From: Rhynchobatus australiae
Taxonomy: Eukaryota
Direction of reading: 5' to 3'
Assembly (NCBI GenBank): GCA_034780895.1
Contig: JAUZTB010000064.1
Location: forward strand, 54,197,657-54,261,656
DNA: 64,000 bases
Positions within the stretch are counted from its first letter, which is position 1; every line of letters starts with the position of its first letter. Positions 22,220 to 35,574 of this stretch are shown one piece after another. The position numbers were made by a program, and so were the translations under genes. Below the pieces are notes generated by a model. The model did no database searches. It saw only the letters and a program-made list of their open reading frames with translations, and was not told the origin of the DNA.

Positions 22220-25200
22220 AGGGTCAAGAGGTTAGGGTCAAGAGGAGCAGCCATTTTGGAGCAGCCATTTTGAGAGAGGCTGCTGTCAAAGTGCTGCTGG
22301 CTGACCAAGTATGGGCTTTGGTGAATACCAGGCTTTGGTGAGGAGGGGGAGCAAAACCAAGGTAAGGTGAGAGTAGGTTCTTATTCTTCTTGTGTCTCTT
22401 TAACTTCCCTCAAAGCTTTTTAGTCATGGCAGGTGAGTTCCGACCAGTGTCACACTCCTCCTGCGTAATGAGGGAACTCAGGGAGGCTGCCAGTGTCCCT
22501 GATGACTACGTGTGCAAGGAGTGTGTCCAGCTGCAGCTCCTGACAAATCGAGTGGCAGCACTGGAGCTGCGCATGGATCACTTTGGAGCATCCATGATGT
22601 TGAGAATGTTGTGGATAGCACGTTTAGTGAGTTGGTCACACCGCAGGTTAAGGGCCTAGGGAAAGATAGGGAACAGGTAACCATCAGGGCAGAGCAGTAG
22701 CAGGAAGGTAGTACAGGAGTCCCCTGTGGTCATCTCCCTCCAAAACAGATATACCACTTTGGATACTGTTGGGGGAGATGGCTCATCAGGGGAAGGCGCA
22801 GTAGCCAGGATCATGGCACCGTGAGTGGCTCTGCTGCACTGGAGGGCAGGAAAAAGAGTGGCAGAGCTATAGTGGTAGGGAATTCCATGGTAAGGGGAAT
22901 AGACAGGAGCTTCTGTGGCAGCAAACAGGACTCCCAGTTGATGTGTTGCCTCCCAGATTCATGAGTCATGGATGTCTCGGAGCAGCTACAGGGCATTCTG
23001 GAAGGCTGGGTGGGGGGGGGGTGGAGTGAACAACCAGTTGTCATGGTGCACATACGTACCAACGATATAGGAAAAAAGCAGGATGAGGTCCTACAAGCTG
23101 AATTTAGGGAGCTAGGAGATAGATTAAAAAGCAGGACCTCAATAGGTAATAATCTCAGGATTACTACCTGTGCCATGTTCTAGTCAGAGTAGGAATAGCA
23201 GCACAGTTAGGATGAATGTGTGTCTTCAGCAGTGGTGGAGAAGGGAGGGTTTCAGATTCCTGGGGCATTGGATCTGGTTCTGGGGGACGTGGGACAGTAC
23301 AAACCAGACGGTCTGCACCTGGGCAGGACTGGCATCAATGTCTGAGGGGGATGGTTTGCTAGTGGTGTTGGGGAGGGTTTAAACCAATATGGCAGCAAGA
23401 TGGGAATCCATGCAGAAAGACAGAGGGAAGCAAAGCAGACACCAGAGCAAAAGTTAGAAAAGAGAAGAGAAGGAGTACAGAAAAGTCAAATGCAAAGGAC
23501 AGAAAGGTTACTAGATTCTAAAAGTAAGGGCACATTAACTGAATGCCCATAGTATTTGAAACAAGGTCAGTGAACTTGTAGTACAAATCAGTACAAAGGG
23601 GTATAATTTAGTGGCCATTACAGAAACATGGTGCAGGGTGGAGATGATTGGGAATTAAATATCCAAGGGTATCAGGTAATACAGAAGGATAGGTAGGAAG
23701 GTGAGGGAGGTGGGGTAGCGCTCTTAATTAAGAATGAGATCAGGGTGATAGTGAGAGATGATACAAGATCTAAGAAGTAGAATGTTGAGCCCATCTAGGT
23801 AGAGATTAGGAGTAGTAAAGGGAAAAAGTCACTGGTGGAAGTTGCCTATAGGCCACCAAATAATAACATTACAGTGCACAGGCAATAAACCAAGAAATAT
23901 TTGATGCATGTAAGAATGGAAAGCAGTTGTGATGAGGGATTTTAACTTCCACATAGATTGGACAAATCAAGTTGGTCAAGGAAGTCTTGAGGAGGACTTC
24001 ATTGAATGCATCCGTGATAGCTTTCTTGAACAGCATGTTAGTGAACCTACAAGGGAAAATGCTGTCTTAGATCTGGTCCTGTGCAATGAGACAGGTAAAA
24101 TTAACAATCTTGTAGTNNNNNNNNNNNNNNNNNNNNNNNNNNNNNNNNNNNNNNNNNNNNNNNNNNNNNNNNNNNNNNNNNNNNNNNNNNNNNNNNNNNN
24201 NNNNNNNNNNNNNNNNNNNNNNNNNNNNNNNNNNNNNNNNNNNNNNNNNNNNNNNNNNNNNNNNNNNNNNNNNNNNNTGTGGTGGGACAGTTGAGGAACA
24301 GTGGAAGACTTTCAAAGACATTTTGCACAGTGCTCAACAAAAGTATATTCCAGTTAAAAGCAAAGACAGTAAGGAAGTAAGGGTGGGGAGAGCCGGCCTT
24401 GGATAACTAAGGAAATAAAAGAAGGCATCAGGCTAAAAGCTTGTGCAAACAAAGTCACCAAGAGTAGTGGGAAACTGGAAGATTGGGAAAACTTTAAAAA
24501 GCAACAAAAGAACCACTAGGCAAGCTATAAGGAAAGGGAAGATAATGAAAGTAAACCAGTACAAAATATAAGAACAAATAGTAAAAGTTTTAATAATTAT
24601 ATAAAGCGGGAAAGGGTGGCTAAAGTGAAGGTAGATCCCTTGGAAGATGAGAAGGGGAATTAATATTGGGTAATGTGGAAATGGCCGAGGCTTTGAATGA
24701 CTATTTTGTGTTGATCTTCATGGTGAAGGACACGTCTAACATGCCAAATAGAGATGTTATGGATGCGATGAGAGGTGAGGGCCTCAAATACAATCACTGT
24801 CATGAAAGAGGTAGTGATGAGCAAACTAGTAAGCCTAATAGTAGACAAGTCCCCTGGTCCTGATGTGATGCATCCCAGAGTACTGAAAGAAATGGTGTAA
24901 GTTACAGTAGACGAACTTGTGATAATTCACCAAAATTCTCTGAACTGTGGGCAGGTCCCAACAGATTGGAAGACAGTGAACGTCACATCGCTGTTTAAAA
25001 AAGGATGCAGGCAAAAGGCAGGTGACTATAGGCCAGTTAGCTTTATGTCTGTAGTTGGGAAAATGCTTGAAGCTATTAAGGAAGAAATAACGAGAATAGA
25101 AGTGGTTCCATCAGGCAGACACAGCATGGATTAAGGAAGGGCAGTCCTGTTTGACAAACTTACTGGAGTTCTTTGAGGATATAATGAGCGCAATGGTTAG

Positions 25201-26546
25201 AGGAGAACAGGTGGATGTTGTATACTTGGATTTCCAGAAGGCGTTTGATAAGATGCCGCATAAAAGACTTATCCATAAGATAAAGATGCATGGAATTGGG
25301 GCAAGGTATTAGCATGGATCGGTTAACCAACAGAAGAGAGAGAGTTCAGATAAATGTGTTTCTCTGGTTGGCAACCAGTGGTGAGTGGGGTGCTGCAGGG
25401 GTCAGTGTTGGGCCCGCAACTGTTCACGACATACATTAATGATTTGGAAGAGGGACCAAGTGTAGCATATCTAAGTTTACTAATGACACTAAGTTGAGTG
25501 GAAAAACAAATTGTGTAGAGGATACGGAGAACCTGCAGAGATATAGATAGGTTAAGTGAGTGGACAAGGGTCTGGCAGATGGAGTTCAATGTTGGTAAGT
25601 GTGACGTCATCCACTTTGAAAGGGAAAATAGAAGATCAGATTATTATTTAANNNNNNNNNNNNNNNNNNNNNNNNNNNNNNNNNNNNNNNNNNNNNNNNN
25701 NNNNNNNNNNNNNNNNNNNNNNNNNNNNNNNNNNNNNNNNNNNNNNNNNNNTGAAAGGGAAAATAGAAGATCAGATTATTATTTAAATGGTGAAAGATTG
25801 CAGCATGTTGTTTTGCAGAGGGACTTGGGAGTGTTTGTGCATGAATCGCAAAAAATTGGTTTGCAGGTGAAACAGCTTATCAAGAAGTCAAATGGAATGT
25901 TGGCCTTCATTGCTAGAAAGATTGAATTTAAGAGCAGGGAGGTCACGCTGCAACTGTACAGGGTACTGGTGAGGTCACACCTGGAGTATTGCTTGCAATT
26001 CTGTTCTCCTTACTTGAGGAAAGATATACTGGCTTTGGAAGCAATGCAGAGGAGGTTCACCAGGTTGATTCCGGAGATGAGGGGGTTAGCCTATGAGGAG
26101 AGACTGAGTCACCTGGGACTATACTCACTGGAATTCAGAAGAATGAGAGGGGATCTTGTATAAACAAATAAAATTATGAAATGGATAGATAAGATAAAGG
26201 CAGGAAGGTTGTTTCCACTGGTAGGTAAGAGTAGAACTTGGGGACTTAGCCTCAAGATCTGCAGGAGTAGATTTAGGACAGCAATGAGGAGAAACTGCTT
26301 TCCCAGAGAGTAGTGAATCTGTGGAATTCTCTGCCCTGGGGAGCAGTAGAGGCTACCTCATTAAATATATTTAAGACACAGTTAGATAGATTTTTGCATA
26401 GTCGGGGTATTAAGGGTTCTGGGGAAAAGGCAGGTAGGTGGAGCTGAGTCCACGGCGAGATCAGCCGTGATCTTATTGAATGGCGGAGCAGACTCAATGG
26501 GCCAGATGGCCTCCTCCTGCTCCTATTTCTTATGCCTTTATGTTCT
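22220..26546 (+). mobile_element. Near full-length, decayed CR1 LINE (5' UTR, ORF1 Zn/zipper plus esterase, ORF2 APE-RT, 3' tail)
   Basis: ORF1 from ATG 22426: DYVCKECVQLQLLTNRVAALELRMD, AIVVGNSMVRGIDRSFCG, VHIRTNDIGK, KPDGLHL. ORF2: VAITETW, DFNFHIDW, KSPGPD, YRPVS, YLDFQKAFDK, HLEYCLQF. Tail CCTATTTCTTATG...TTATGTTCT. Multiple stops and frameshifts. Confidence 0.95.
22244..22271 (+). promoter_or_regulatory. Tandem YY1-like motifs in the CR1 5' UTR
   Basis: Perfect 14-bp tandem repeat GGAGCAGCCATTTT x2; each unit contains GCCATNTT. Confidence 0.45.
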
Positions 26547-27779
26547 CATGAACTAAACAAGTAAGGGCCAACACATATTTTGTGACTTTTTTTTGCCCCT
26601 GGAAGAGAACCAGGCACAAAATCAGAGGAAGATAGAAATTGGACAGCATACTTCTTTTCATTTATATACATTGTGATCCTATGAACAAAAATTTGGCCTG
26701 AAAAACAGACAGCTGCAATCTTTTCATGAATTCTGAAACAGATATACTCCGAGACTGTCCCATACAATATCATCCATCACATCATTAAAGGAAAAAGTTG
26801 AATAGGGTTAGAAACAATAGACAGATTTGCTTTATTCTTCTTTCTAGAAACATAAACTCAGTCTTTCGTAAGTTTAGACATTATAAATGAAGTGCACATC
26901 TGGATAAAGTCGATGATCTTTCAACTGATTTTGGTTTCCAATTTCATTGTGTGGTCTACACAAGGTACTAGGTTAAAAGTTTTACAAAAAAAAATCAATA
27001 AAAATATAAATGTGATTTCCCTGAACCTTAGGTTGTTTTGCAATCACATATAAACCTATAATGCAGGCAACATATTCCTGCAGAGAGCAAAATGGTGATT
27101 TTTGCTCTTTCATTTTTCATGTGCCCTTCAGGCTTTCAAATATAAGTGCCAGCATAAAAATGATCACCTGAAAGGGCACTGGTATTAGTTACATTTCAGT
27201 TCACTTGGATTCCCCTATTCCAGATTGTCTGTATGGTGTAACACTTAAGGTACACATGCTTCAAAAGGAAACTATTTCACCAACATCAGGTATTGGTCTA
27301 CAAGATAATCATTTCACTTTTGCCCAGAACATTCAACACAAACACNNNNNNNNNNNNNNNNNNNNNNNNNNNNNNNNNNNNNNNNNNNNNNNNNNNNNNN
27401 NNNNNNNNNNNNNNNNNNNNNNNNNNNNNNNNNNNNNNNNNNNNNNNNNNNNNNNNNNNNNNNNNNNNNNATGGTCTGTTGAGTCAGAGCTGCATATCCT
27501 TCATAAGTTGACTAATATACTAACCAGAGCACTAGACTTGTCCATCGACTGACATACAGCAACATAAACTATCCCTTCCCTCCCAAGTCATTTTCTTCCC
27601 ATTTGCCTATTTCTGAATCCAGCTCTCCTTAATGCTACTAACCACAGTGGTCCCTGCTGTTGAACACTCTAGAGTTACGATCCTCAGAGTACAATGACTG
27701 GCATGTAAAAAAAAACATTTTACATATTACTGACTAGACAGTGTGAAGGTCAAAGGATCTCAAACCTCATCCATCAGAC

Positions 27780-27975
27780 AGAATCAGATGGAAATCGAGA
27801 CGTTATGAATGATAAAGGAATGAACATTAAATGGAAATAAAGGGTATGAATGGCTTCCAATGAAGGAAAGAAGGGGGTATAGCACATGGCACTTGAGAAG
27901 GTTATATGCCAGAGATTATTGGAAACTTTGAAAGAACATGGAATTGCAGGCAACCTGGTAGCAGGTGATAATATT
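27780..27975 (+). mobile_element. Old CR1 RT fragment
   Basis: EKVICQRLLETLKEHGIAGNL resembles CR1 FDKV.H.RLL.K.K.HGI.G.L. Confidence 0.55.
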
Positions 27976-28029
27976 AAAGTTATAAAATAATTCATTGATC
28001 TCAGTTGCAACCTGTACTATACAGGTACA

Positions 28030-28520
28030 GCAAGACAGAAATTAAAAGGCATATCTGAATTTCAGGCATGTGCATGATACAGTTCGATGCTGGTCCAGCA
28101 TTAAATTCGCAATGTAGGTCTGCAACGTACACATTCTCCTCATACTGCTGTATGATACAAACAGGGAGAACAACAGCATGACTGTGCAGGAAACTGGATA
28201 CATTTAACCAGTGATGACTGCAAAAGATACCTCACAGCCACTGAAATCAAGCAGCATGCTTGGCAGTGATTGAAATAATTACTGCGAGGGAACTACATTT
28301 CATTGAACACAATGCCCTGACAATGTCTCGGCTAATCACACAAGAACCCTGCATGCCATCAATGGCTTTTCATGGACTGGAGCCAACCTCAGGGGCAGAC
28401 TGTCATCAGTGTTGATGTGCACAACTGAAGCTGACCTCAAACATCACAGTCCTGAACTGTACTCAGCATGGCAATGGGCACAAGGTAGGATTGTCTAGCA
28501 CAGACTGCTAGGTACCAGTT
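28030..28520 (+). mobile_element. Ancient RTE-clade LINE 3' remnant
   Basis: Frameshifted motifs ILLY, EIKQHAWQ* and ...TTEADLK occur in the order expected for an RTE C-terminus. Confidence 0.4.
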
Positions 28521-29085
28521 AGGGCAATCAAACAAAAAGAGAGATAACTTAAATAATTGTGCTCCCACTGTAGATAAGCACAACCCATTGATATTTCCTT
28601 ATCTCCCTAATAACTCTCTGGCCTCACTGTACAGCATTTTACTTCATCTTTGCAGGAGCTCCTAAGATTTCAGGGATCGTTTTAATGACCTGCTGCTTTC
28701 ACCAGCAGCTCTTCTTTTGTTGTAATTGTTATGGATATGTGGTTAGCAGACATCAGCCTCTAACGCTTTACTGCCAAAAACTTTGTCTTTGATTAGTAGC
28801 ACAAATTACACCTTTTGATGCTGGCTGCATGTTCTACTCCTCTTCCAAGTTTCACAGTGCCACGTTTCCGAAGCAACTGCCACTATATGGCACAATTAGC
28901 ACTACCAACAGAGATTGAAATCATTGGCATTTATCTTTATCTGCTCTAATAAGGAAACCATTGCCAATGTAATATGTTGACATGTCCACCTAGATCCAGG
29001 GTTCATGGTGACCCCTATTCCCTACATAGTTGGGGAATTTAACTCATTGGTTTATATCTGAGAACTCCATTCAGTTAATGAAAAT

Positions 29086-29203
29086 CACAAAAACTGCAGA
29101 TGTCAGAAATTTGACAAAGGGGTTTGGACCTGAAACTTAACTCTGTTTCTCTTTCCACAGATGCTGCCTGACCTGCTGAGGATTTCTAGCATTCTCTGTT
29201 TTT
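29086..29203 (+). mobile_element. Penelope pLTR fragment with short inverted terminal piece and decayed hammerhead
   Basis: CACAAAAACTGCAGATGTCAGAAATT (inverted pLTR end) is followed by TGACAAAGGGGTTTGGACCTGAAACTTAAC...GATGCTGCCTGACCTGCTGAG. Confidence 0.65.
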
Positions 29204-32200
29204 AAACCACTCTCAGTTGGCAGTTTGCCTTATCCATTGGAGTCACCATCTTTCTCACTGAACAGTGCCATTGGAATGCAAATAGCATCCTAAACGTTTG
29301 GCCAATACATAGTCAATCTCTATTTTGATTTTCATTGTCAATTTCTGTGCCTCTCTGGTTTCATGCAATGCTCTATCAATGGTGAACTCTAGAAAGGAAG
29401 GAAAAGACAAGAGATTTTTTTTAATGCTTGTGACCTTGAGCAATCAAGAATCCATGCCGTAAAGTATATCTGGAGACATACCTGTAATCATGAGAATCCT
29501 CCAGCACTCAACATTGTGCAACTTAAGAGAATTGACCATGGATCCCAGAATTCAATGCCTATGCCCGTTAAAGATGTCTTTGATCAAAATTAGCTGACAC
29601 CTTGCAAACTTCCTTTTAACACAGGTTACAGACAATAGGGTCCTATTCCAAACCCTGCTTGTGTTTAGTTTCAATAAAGTAGCAATTTGTCCTCAGTTAC
29701 TGTCCCCAAATGTACAACTTACTGGTTATTCATCGTAATCCAGTTAGAAAATTCAGCTTCTTTGAGCCCAATAAAACCAAATTTCAAAGGCAGTGTACTA
29801 TGCAAAACTAGTGCTGTAGAGCATGTTTGTCATAAGTGATTGAGGATAAATTTTCAGTGCTCAANNNNNNNNNNNNNNNNNNNNNNNNNNNNNNNNNNNN
29901 NNNNNNNNNNNNNNNNNNNNNNNNNNNNNNNNNNNNNNNNNNNNNNNNNNNNNNNNNNNNNNNNNNNNNNNNNNNNNNNNNNNNNNNNNNNNNNNNNNNN
30001 NNNNNNNNNNNNNNNNNNNNNNNNNNNNNNNNNNNNNNNNNNNNNNNNNNNNNNNNNNNNNNNNNNNNNNNNNNNNNNNNNNNNNNNNNNNNNNNNNNNN
30101 NNNNNNNNNNNNNNNNNNNNNNNNNNNNNNNNNNNNNNNNNNNNNNNNNNNNNNNNNNNNNNNNNNNNNNNNNNNNNNNNNNNNNNNNNNNNNNNNNNNN
30201 NNNNNNNNNNNNNNNNNNNNNNNNNNNNNNNNNNNNNNNNNNNNNNNNNNNNNNNNNNNNNNNNNNNNNNNNNNNNNNNNNNNNNNNNNNNNNNNNNNNN
30301 NNNNNNNNNNNNNNNNNNNNNNNNNNNNNNNNNNNNNNNNNNNNNNNNNNNNNNNNNNNNNNNNNNNNNNNNNNNNNNNNNNNNNNNNNNNNNNNNNNNN
30401 NNNNNNNNNNNNNNNNNNNNNNNNNNNNNNNNNNNNNNNNNNNNNNNNNNNNNNNNNNNNNNNNNNNNNNNNNNNNNNNNNNNNNNNNNNNNNNNNNNNN
30501 NNNNNNNNNNNNNNNNNNNNNNNNNNNNNNNNNNNNNNNNNNNNNNNNNNNNNNNNNNNNNNNNNNNNNNNNNNNNNNNNNNNNNNNNNNNNNNNNNNNN
30601 NNNNNNNNNNNNNNNNNNNNNNNNNNNNNNNNNNNCTAGATGTTTTATTCAGTGCCAAAGCTGTTCAGAAATGAAAATAAATCTGGTAGTAAATAAGGCC
30701 AGCTCAAATAGGGCAACATTATAGTTTCTGCCTAGCTACTTTGTTAAGTTCAATCCAGGAGTACTTTAGTGAAGTTTCACAAAAATTGTTTTTGAGGTGC
30801 TTATATTTTCACTATGGCAACCATTAATTTTTGAAAGGTAGGCAGGTAGGATTGGAAATGCTTGGCCTTCTTTCTTGTGTTTCTCTGCCTTAATTACCTA
30901 GTAAATGCTGAAACAAAATACATTTTCTATATATTAGGTGACACTGTCCAGTATGCCTATTAAACAAAAATCACTAAGTAACCACTCTCTATGCAGGGCA
31001 TATGGAATTTTTAAACAGGATACATAGATTTCACCTTTATCACTACTTTTTTCAGTGAGCACGCTTGAATAAAACTTGTGTGAGTAACGAACAGTGAATT
31101 TTATTGTGGGGAATATCTGGTTTCAAAGTTTAGGAGGAAAGGTTTCATATCCATGTCATGGGATCATGCTGGCAATGTTTTGTTGCAGCAATGATTGTCA
31201 TACCAGCTGAAAGTATTAGACTGTGTCATGAAATGTAGGTTCTCTATTTCATGGAACTGCAAACACCAAACTGGGAAAAGCTGTTTTGTTATACAGTTAT
31301 CTTTAGGATAATTGTTGTAAAAACACAAAGCAAATTGTAACGAATATACATCACATATTTGGAACTGGTAATGATCTAATGTCATTAAGTGCAATTAAGA
31401 ATACAGTAAAATTTAAATGTAGTGCAGAATATTCTGCAGTTAGAAACAATGTACCTATCAAAATAAAGAACCCTGCTGCTAGATTATGTCTTACCTTGAT
31501 AGTTTGAAACCCAATAGTCAATCAGATACAAGAGCAAAATTGATATTTAATGTTACTATATGATACCATTAATGTAGATCCATCTGGATACAAACCTTGT
31601 ACAATTATCCTTTGACATTACAATCCAAGACCATCCTGCAATTAGTTCCAAGTCTCATTCCCACTATGGATATAATGCAAAGTACATTAAGATTTTTAAT
31701 GTTAACATTATAATATCAATGTGCATGAGACATTCTGGCTATGATATCTGAATAAACTTCTGCTCAGTATGCACAAGGCACACAACTAGATAACACAAAA
31801 AAAATCGACCATTCGAAACAGGATATTATTTTGGATGATTTGAAAATGTTCTTTGGAAACTCAAATCTCTGGAACAAGATGCATAATTCATTTCTATTAT
31901 TCTCTGGTTGTAGTATTTACACCTAGCACCAAGTTGTAGGAAAAATGGCATCATGTGCATTAAATATTACTTAATCTAAGTTTGACTCAAATTTTCACTT
32001 TCCTTTAGTGCAATCCAATCTGCCAGTAATGCAACTGCATTGAAATTTAATAGCAAAACATTGCTTGTTTTGCAGCAGCATGTGATTCAAGGTTGATTCT
32101 TTTTCCTAGAGTTGGATGTGCTAACATCTATTGCCACATTATTTCATATCACTGGCGTGAGTCACATTTGTGCACCTAATACAATTTCCATGTCATTCCC

Positions 32201-32719
32201 TGTGCAACACAACTCTNNNNNNNNNNNNNNNNNTCTTGGAGCATCACACAGGATCCAAGTTGTCTGAAAAGTGACCATTGTGATTCACTGCCAATCATAT
32301 TTTACTAACAAAATGCTTGACTGGGACTACTGCAAAGTAAACCCTTTCCTTACCTTTTATGCTTTTGTCTCCTCCCACTATCACCCACATGTCACCAACC
32401 CCTACCTTCATCCATTGCATTCACATCCAACCATCCAAGGCCCCAACACTCTGATACCTCAGTTCCTGATTCATTAATACTCTTGATCCTTCAATGTCCC
32501 TCTGATCTACTAATTCCCTGACCCTCCAAATTTCCCCTTCACACTTAGTGATTGGGTTTTTCAAGGAAGGAAAGAATGAGATGCTGGAAATGAAGTCATA
32601 CATTGCGTTGCAATACAGCAACAATAACATTTTGTCATTGAGAAAAATATTGCATTGTGGAACTTCTAATATCTGATTATTCTAAGACTGTTCCCTGTAC
32701 ATTCATGGACTTAAAAAAT

Positions 32720-33215
32720 ATTTCCAACTCCTTGTAACATAAGGTGTAATTTATTTTACAACTCCTTGTAGCATTTTGCTGGCACAAAACGGCAATTAAT
32801 TTACTGTAACCAGCAGCGGGCTATTAATTGATGCTCCATGAAAACAAGCATAAAATTGCTAAAGTGACTGGACTGTAGACGGCACAGCAATTTGCTTTTG
32901 CCCCTTAAATGCGACTTCGGCATGAGTTGGAGGTCTCCCCATCATTCATTGGCTGTACGTACCAGTAGGGAACCCAATACCAACTTATACTTGCTAAAAC
33001 AGGCTGACAAAACCTAAGACATCCATATCACTCGAAGGAGAGGTCTTTTGATGGTCCAGCAGGTGCTCAGAGATGTTCTGCAACCAAATCTCAAAATGAG
33101 AAGAATGGTGGGCCAGAGGAGGGGCAGAGCCCCAGGCTTTTGTGCTGCATTGGTAGAAGTAGAAAGAAAGAGAATAGCCCCGTATGTTTTGATACTCCTG
33201 AGCCCCTTACCCTCT
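32720..33215 (+). mobile_element. PIF/Harbinger-like remnant with Myb/SANT-like N-terminus
   Basis: RRGRAPGFCAALVEVERKRIAPY (~33117-33185) resembles RAPRFS..L..LV.EV.RRR.VLY. Left boundary uncertain. Confidence 0.45.
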
Positions 33216-33709
33216 GAGGTTGGTCCTTCACATGTAGTAGGTTTTTTTTTCAAGTAAGAGTGAAGTACTGCAACTGAAATCATATGCTCAGTTGCAGTGT
33301 AACAGTGCTACTTAATGGCTCATACTTTGGCATTGAAATTACACTCCCACTATTTGAATAACCAGACAGTGGGAGTAGAGGGGTATGAAAATTAAAACCA
33401 GCAGTATAGCCCTGGGACCTGGATCCAGGTGAAGCCATTAAACTTCTTTGAGTACTGTATCCACGTCTTTAAATCCAGAAGTAGATGTGTGGAGTGGTGG
33501 TTGAGGCCAAAGGTGTTATTGGTGGGGTATCTTATCTTAAAAGTATATTCACTGATCAGTTCACCAAATGACAATCTCAATCAATCAAGCCTCAACTAAT
33601 ATTCACGTTTCAACTTTTATTCACACATTTAGAACTGCTGTAAGCATTACATCCACAGTTTGCATCTACTGCCTGTTTTGACTCCTCTTCACAAAAGCAG
33701 ATTGCAATT

Positions 33710-33785
33710 TGCTGCCTGACCCACTGAGTTCCTCCAGCAGTTTGTTTTTTGCTCCACATTCCAGCATCTGCAGTCTCTTGTGTCT
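33710..33785 (+). mobile_element. Penelope pLTR 3' fragment
   Basis: TGCTGCCTGACCCACTGAGTTCCTCCAGCAG...TTCCAGCATCTGCAGTCTCTTG matches 54841-54912. Confidence 0.75.
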
Positions 33786-35574
33786 ACACTATACTGTTAG
33801 CTCCAAAATACTCTTAACATTCACTGAATCGCCCCATCACTGCTATTGTCCTCCTTTCCCTAACACTTACTTAGGGATTAATGTTATCAAAGCATAAATT
33901 CATGCATCTAGCAGAGACGAATATACTTGAAGGCTGGACTCCTGGTTTGGTTGTTTCACCAGGGTACAACAAATTTCTTTCCCAATAATTCAGATATGGA
34001 GAGTTGTAAAGTGAAGTCAATCTTATAAGTATGTAGTTATAATAGACTGCACATAGCAATCACAGCAGATGCCACTCTGACAATATACAACAATCAAGAG
34101 TGCAGACACCTTGCCGACCATGTTATCCATACGAGTGTCATTCCACTGATAATGGAAAGAAAATCGTTCAGATTCTAAAGAGAATGATCCACTCCATTGG
34201 ATTATTGACATGCAGATGAAGACCGAAATGTGCCCCAACACCTCTATACCAAAACACAAGTTGCTTTTGCAGATGAATGTCCCACAGACTCTCTGTAGAA
34301 GATCAAGTAAGTGGCCAAGAAATTCCTCAGGTGGCCTCTATTTCACTGCCATAAATGCAACAGAAACCGTGTTTCAGCATGTAAACCAAATTTCTGTTCG
34401 ACTTCCAGTAAAATTGCAGAAGCATCTCTGAGAACATTCCTGGACAATATTTTCATCCTGTTGCTTAAGGGAGATATTATTATAAATTTATCTTAAACTT
34501 GGTAAAAATAAACTACCTACTTAAGCATTGCTCACTTCATGTAATGGTGCTGACTGCCCCTTTAAGATCTATAGACCATTATGAGAAAAAAAATCCACAA
34601 AAATGGAAGATTTTCAGAGCACACGGATCTGATATGCTGCAGAGGGAAATTTCTAGTATTTGCAATAAATGTCGAATGAAGTGCACTGAACTCTCCTGTT
34701 TCAATCAGATTGACATCCTTGAGAATAGGCTTCAACATGATAAGAGCAGATTAATAATGGCTGCATTATTGCACAACCACTTATGATAAACTTTGGTCAT
34801 ACTGTATTCACGACACGGAAATAAATTTTAGTAAAGCTAAATGACAGGAAAAAAGACAGATGTGTTGGCTGAAGGTAACATCAAGGCTATTCAGTCATAT
34901 GCAAAATATTCAAACAAATTGCAGATTTTTTATGAGACTTCGGAGTTGGAGGACTCCGAACCGTTTGAAATTTACTTCCACTCCTCCATATACGTCAAAG
35001 TCGGCTGAAGTATATCATTACAATCAGTGCACTTCCCAATTTAAATTGTGCATATTCTTATCTACTCTGCATCTAAAACATTTTTAACCTGTAATCTATG
35101 GCCCAATGAACAAATTAAGTATTGTTCAAAAGTATTGACATTTTTATTTTTTAAAAATGAGAAACCCTCATCCTTTTGATTTTTTAATTATTTTTCCCCA
35201 TAGATCTTTCTTTACATTTGAAAACCAAAAATTACAAAGCATCCACAGGGGAAAATATTTCCCCCACAGGGGGAAATGCAATGTTACTGTGGACTACACT
35301 GAGTCCCCAGTGGAAAGGCTCTTCTCTTGTTTCTAAATCAAGAATACATGCCCAAACGTTATCATTAAGCTGCATTCTCTTCGATTTGAGAAGTTCATGG
35401 TTATTGCAGAAATACAAAATCCAGCATGAGCCAAAGGGAATCCATAAATCCTGTTAGGTTTAATCTTAGAACTTTTAATCTCAAGGCTATCCAGAGAATC
35501 CATATTTTACATGGCTAAAAAGAAAACTGGGAATCTACCGTATTCTAGATACACACATGTTCTTCAAATTGCAG

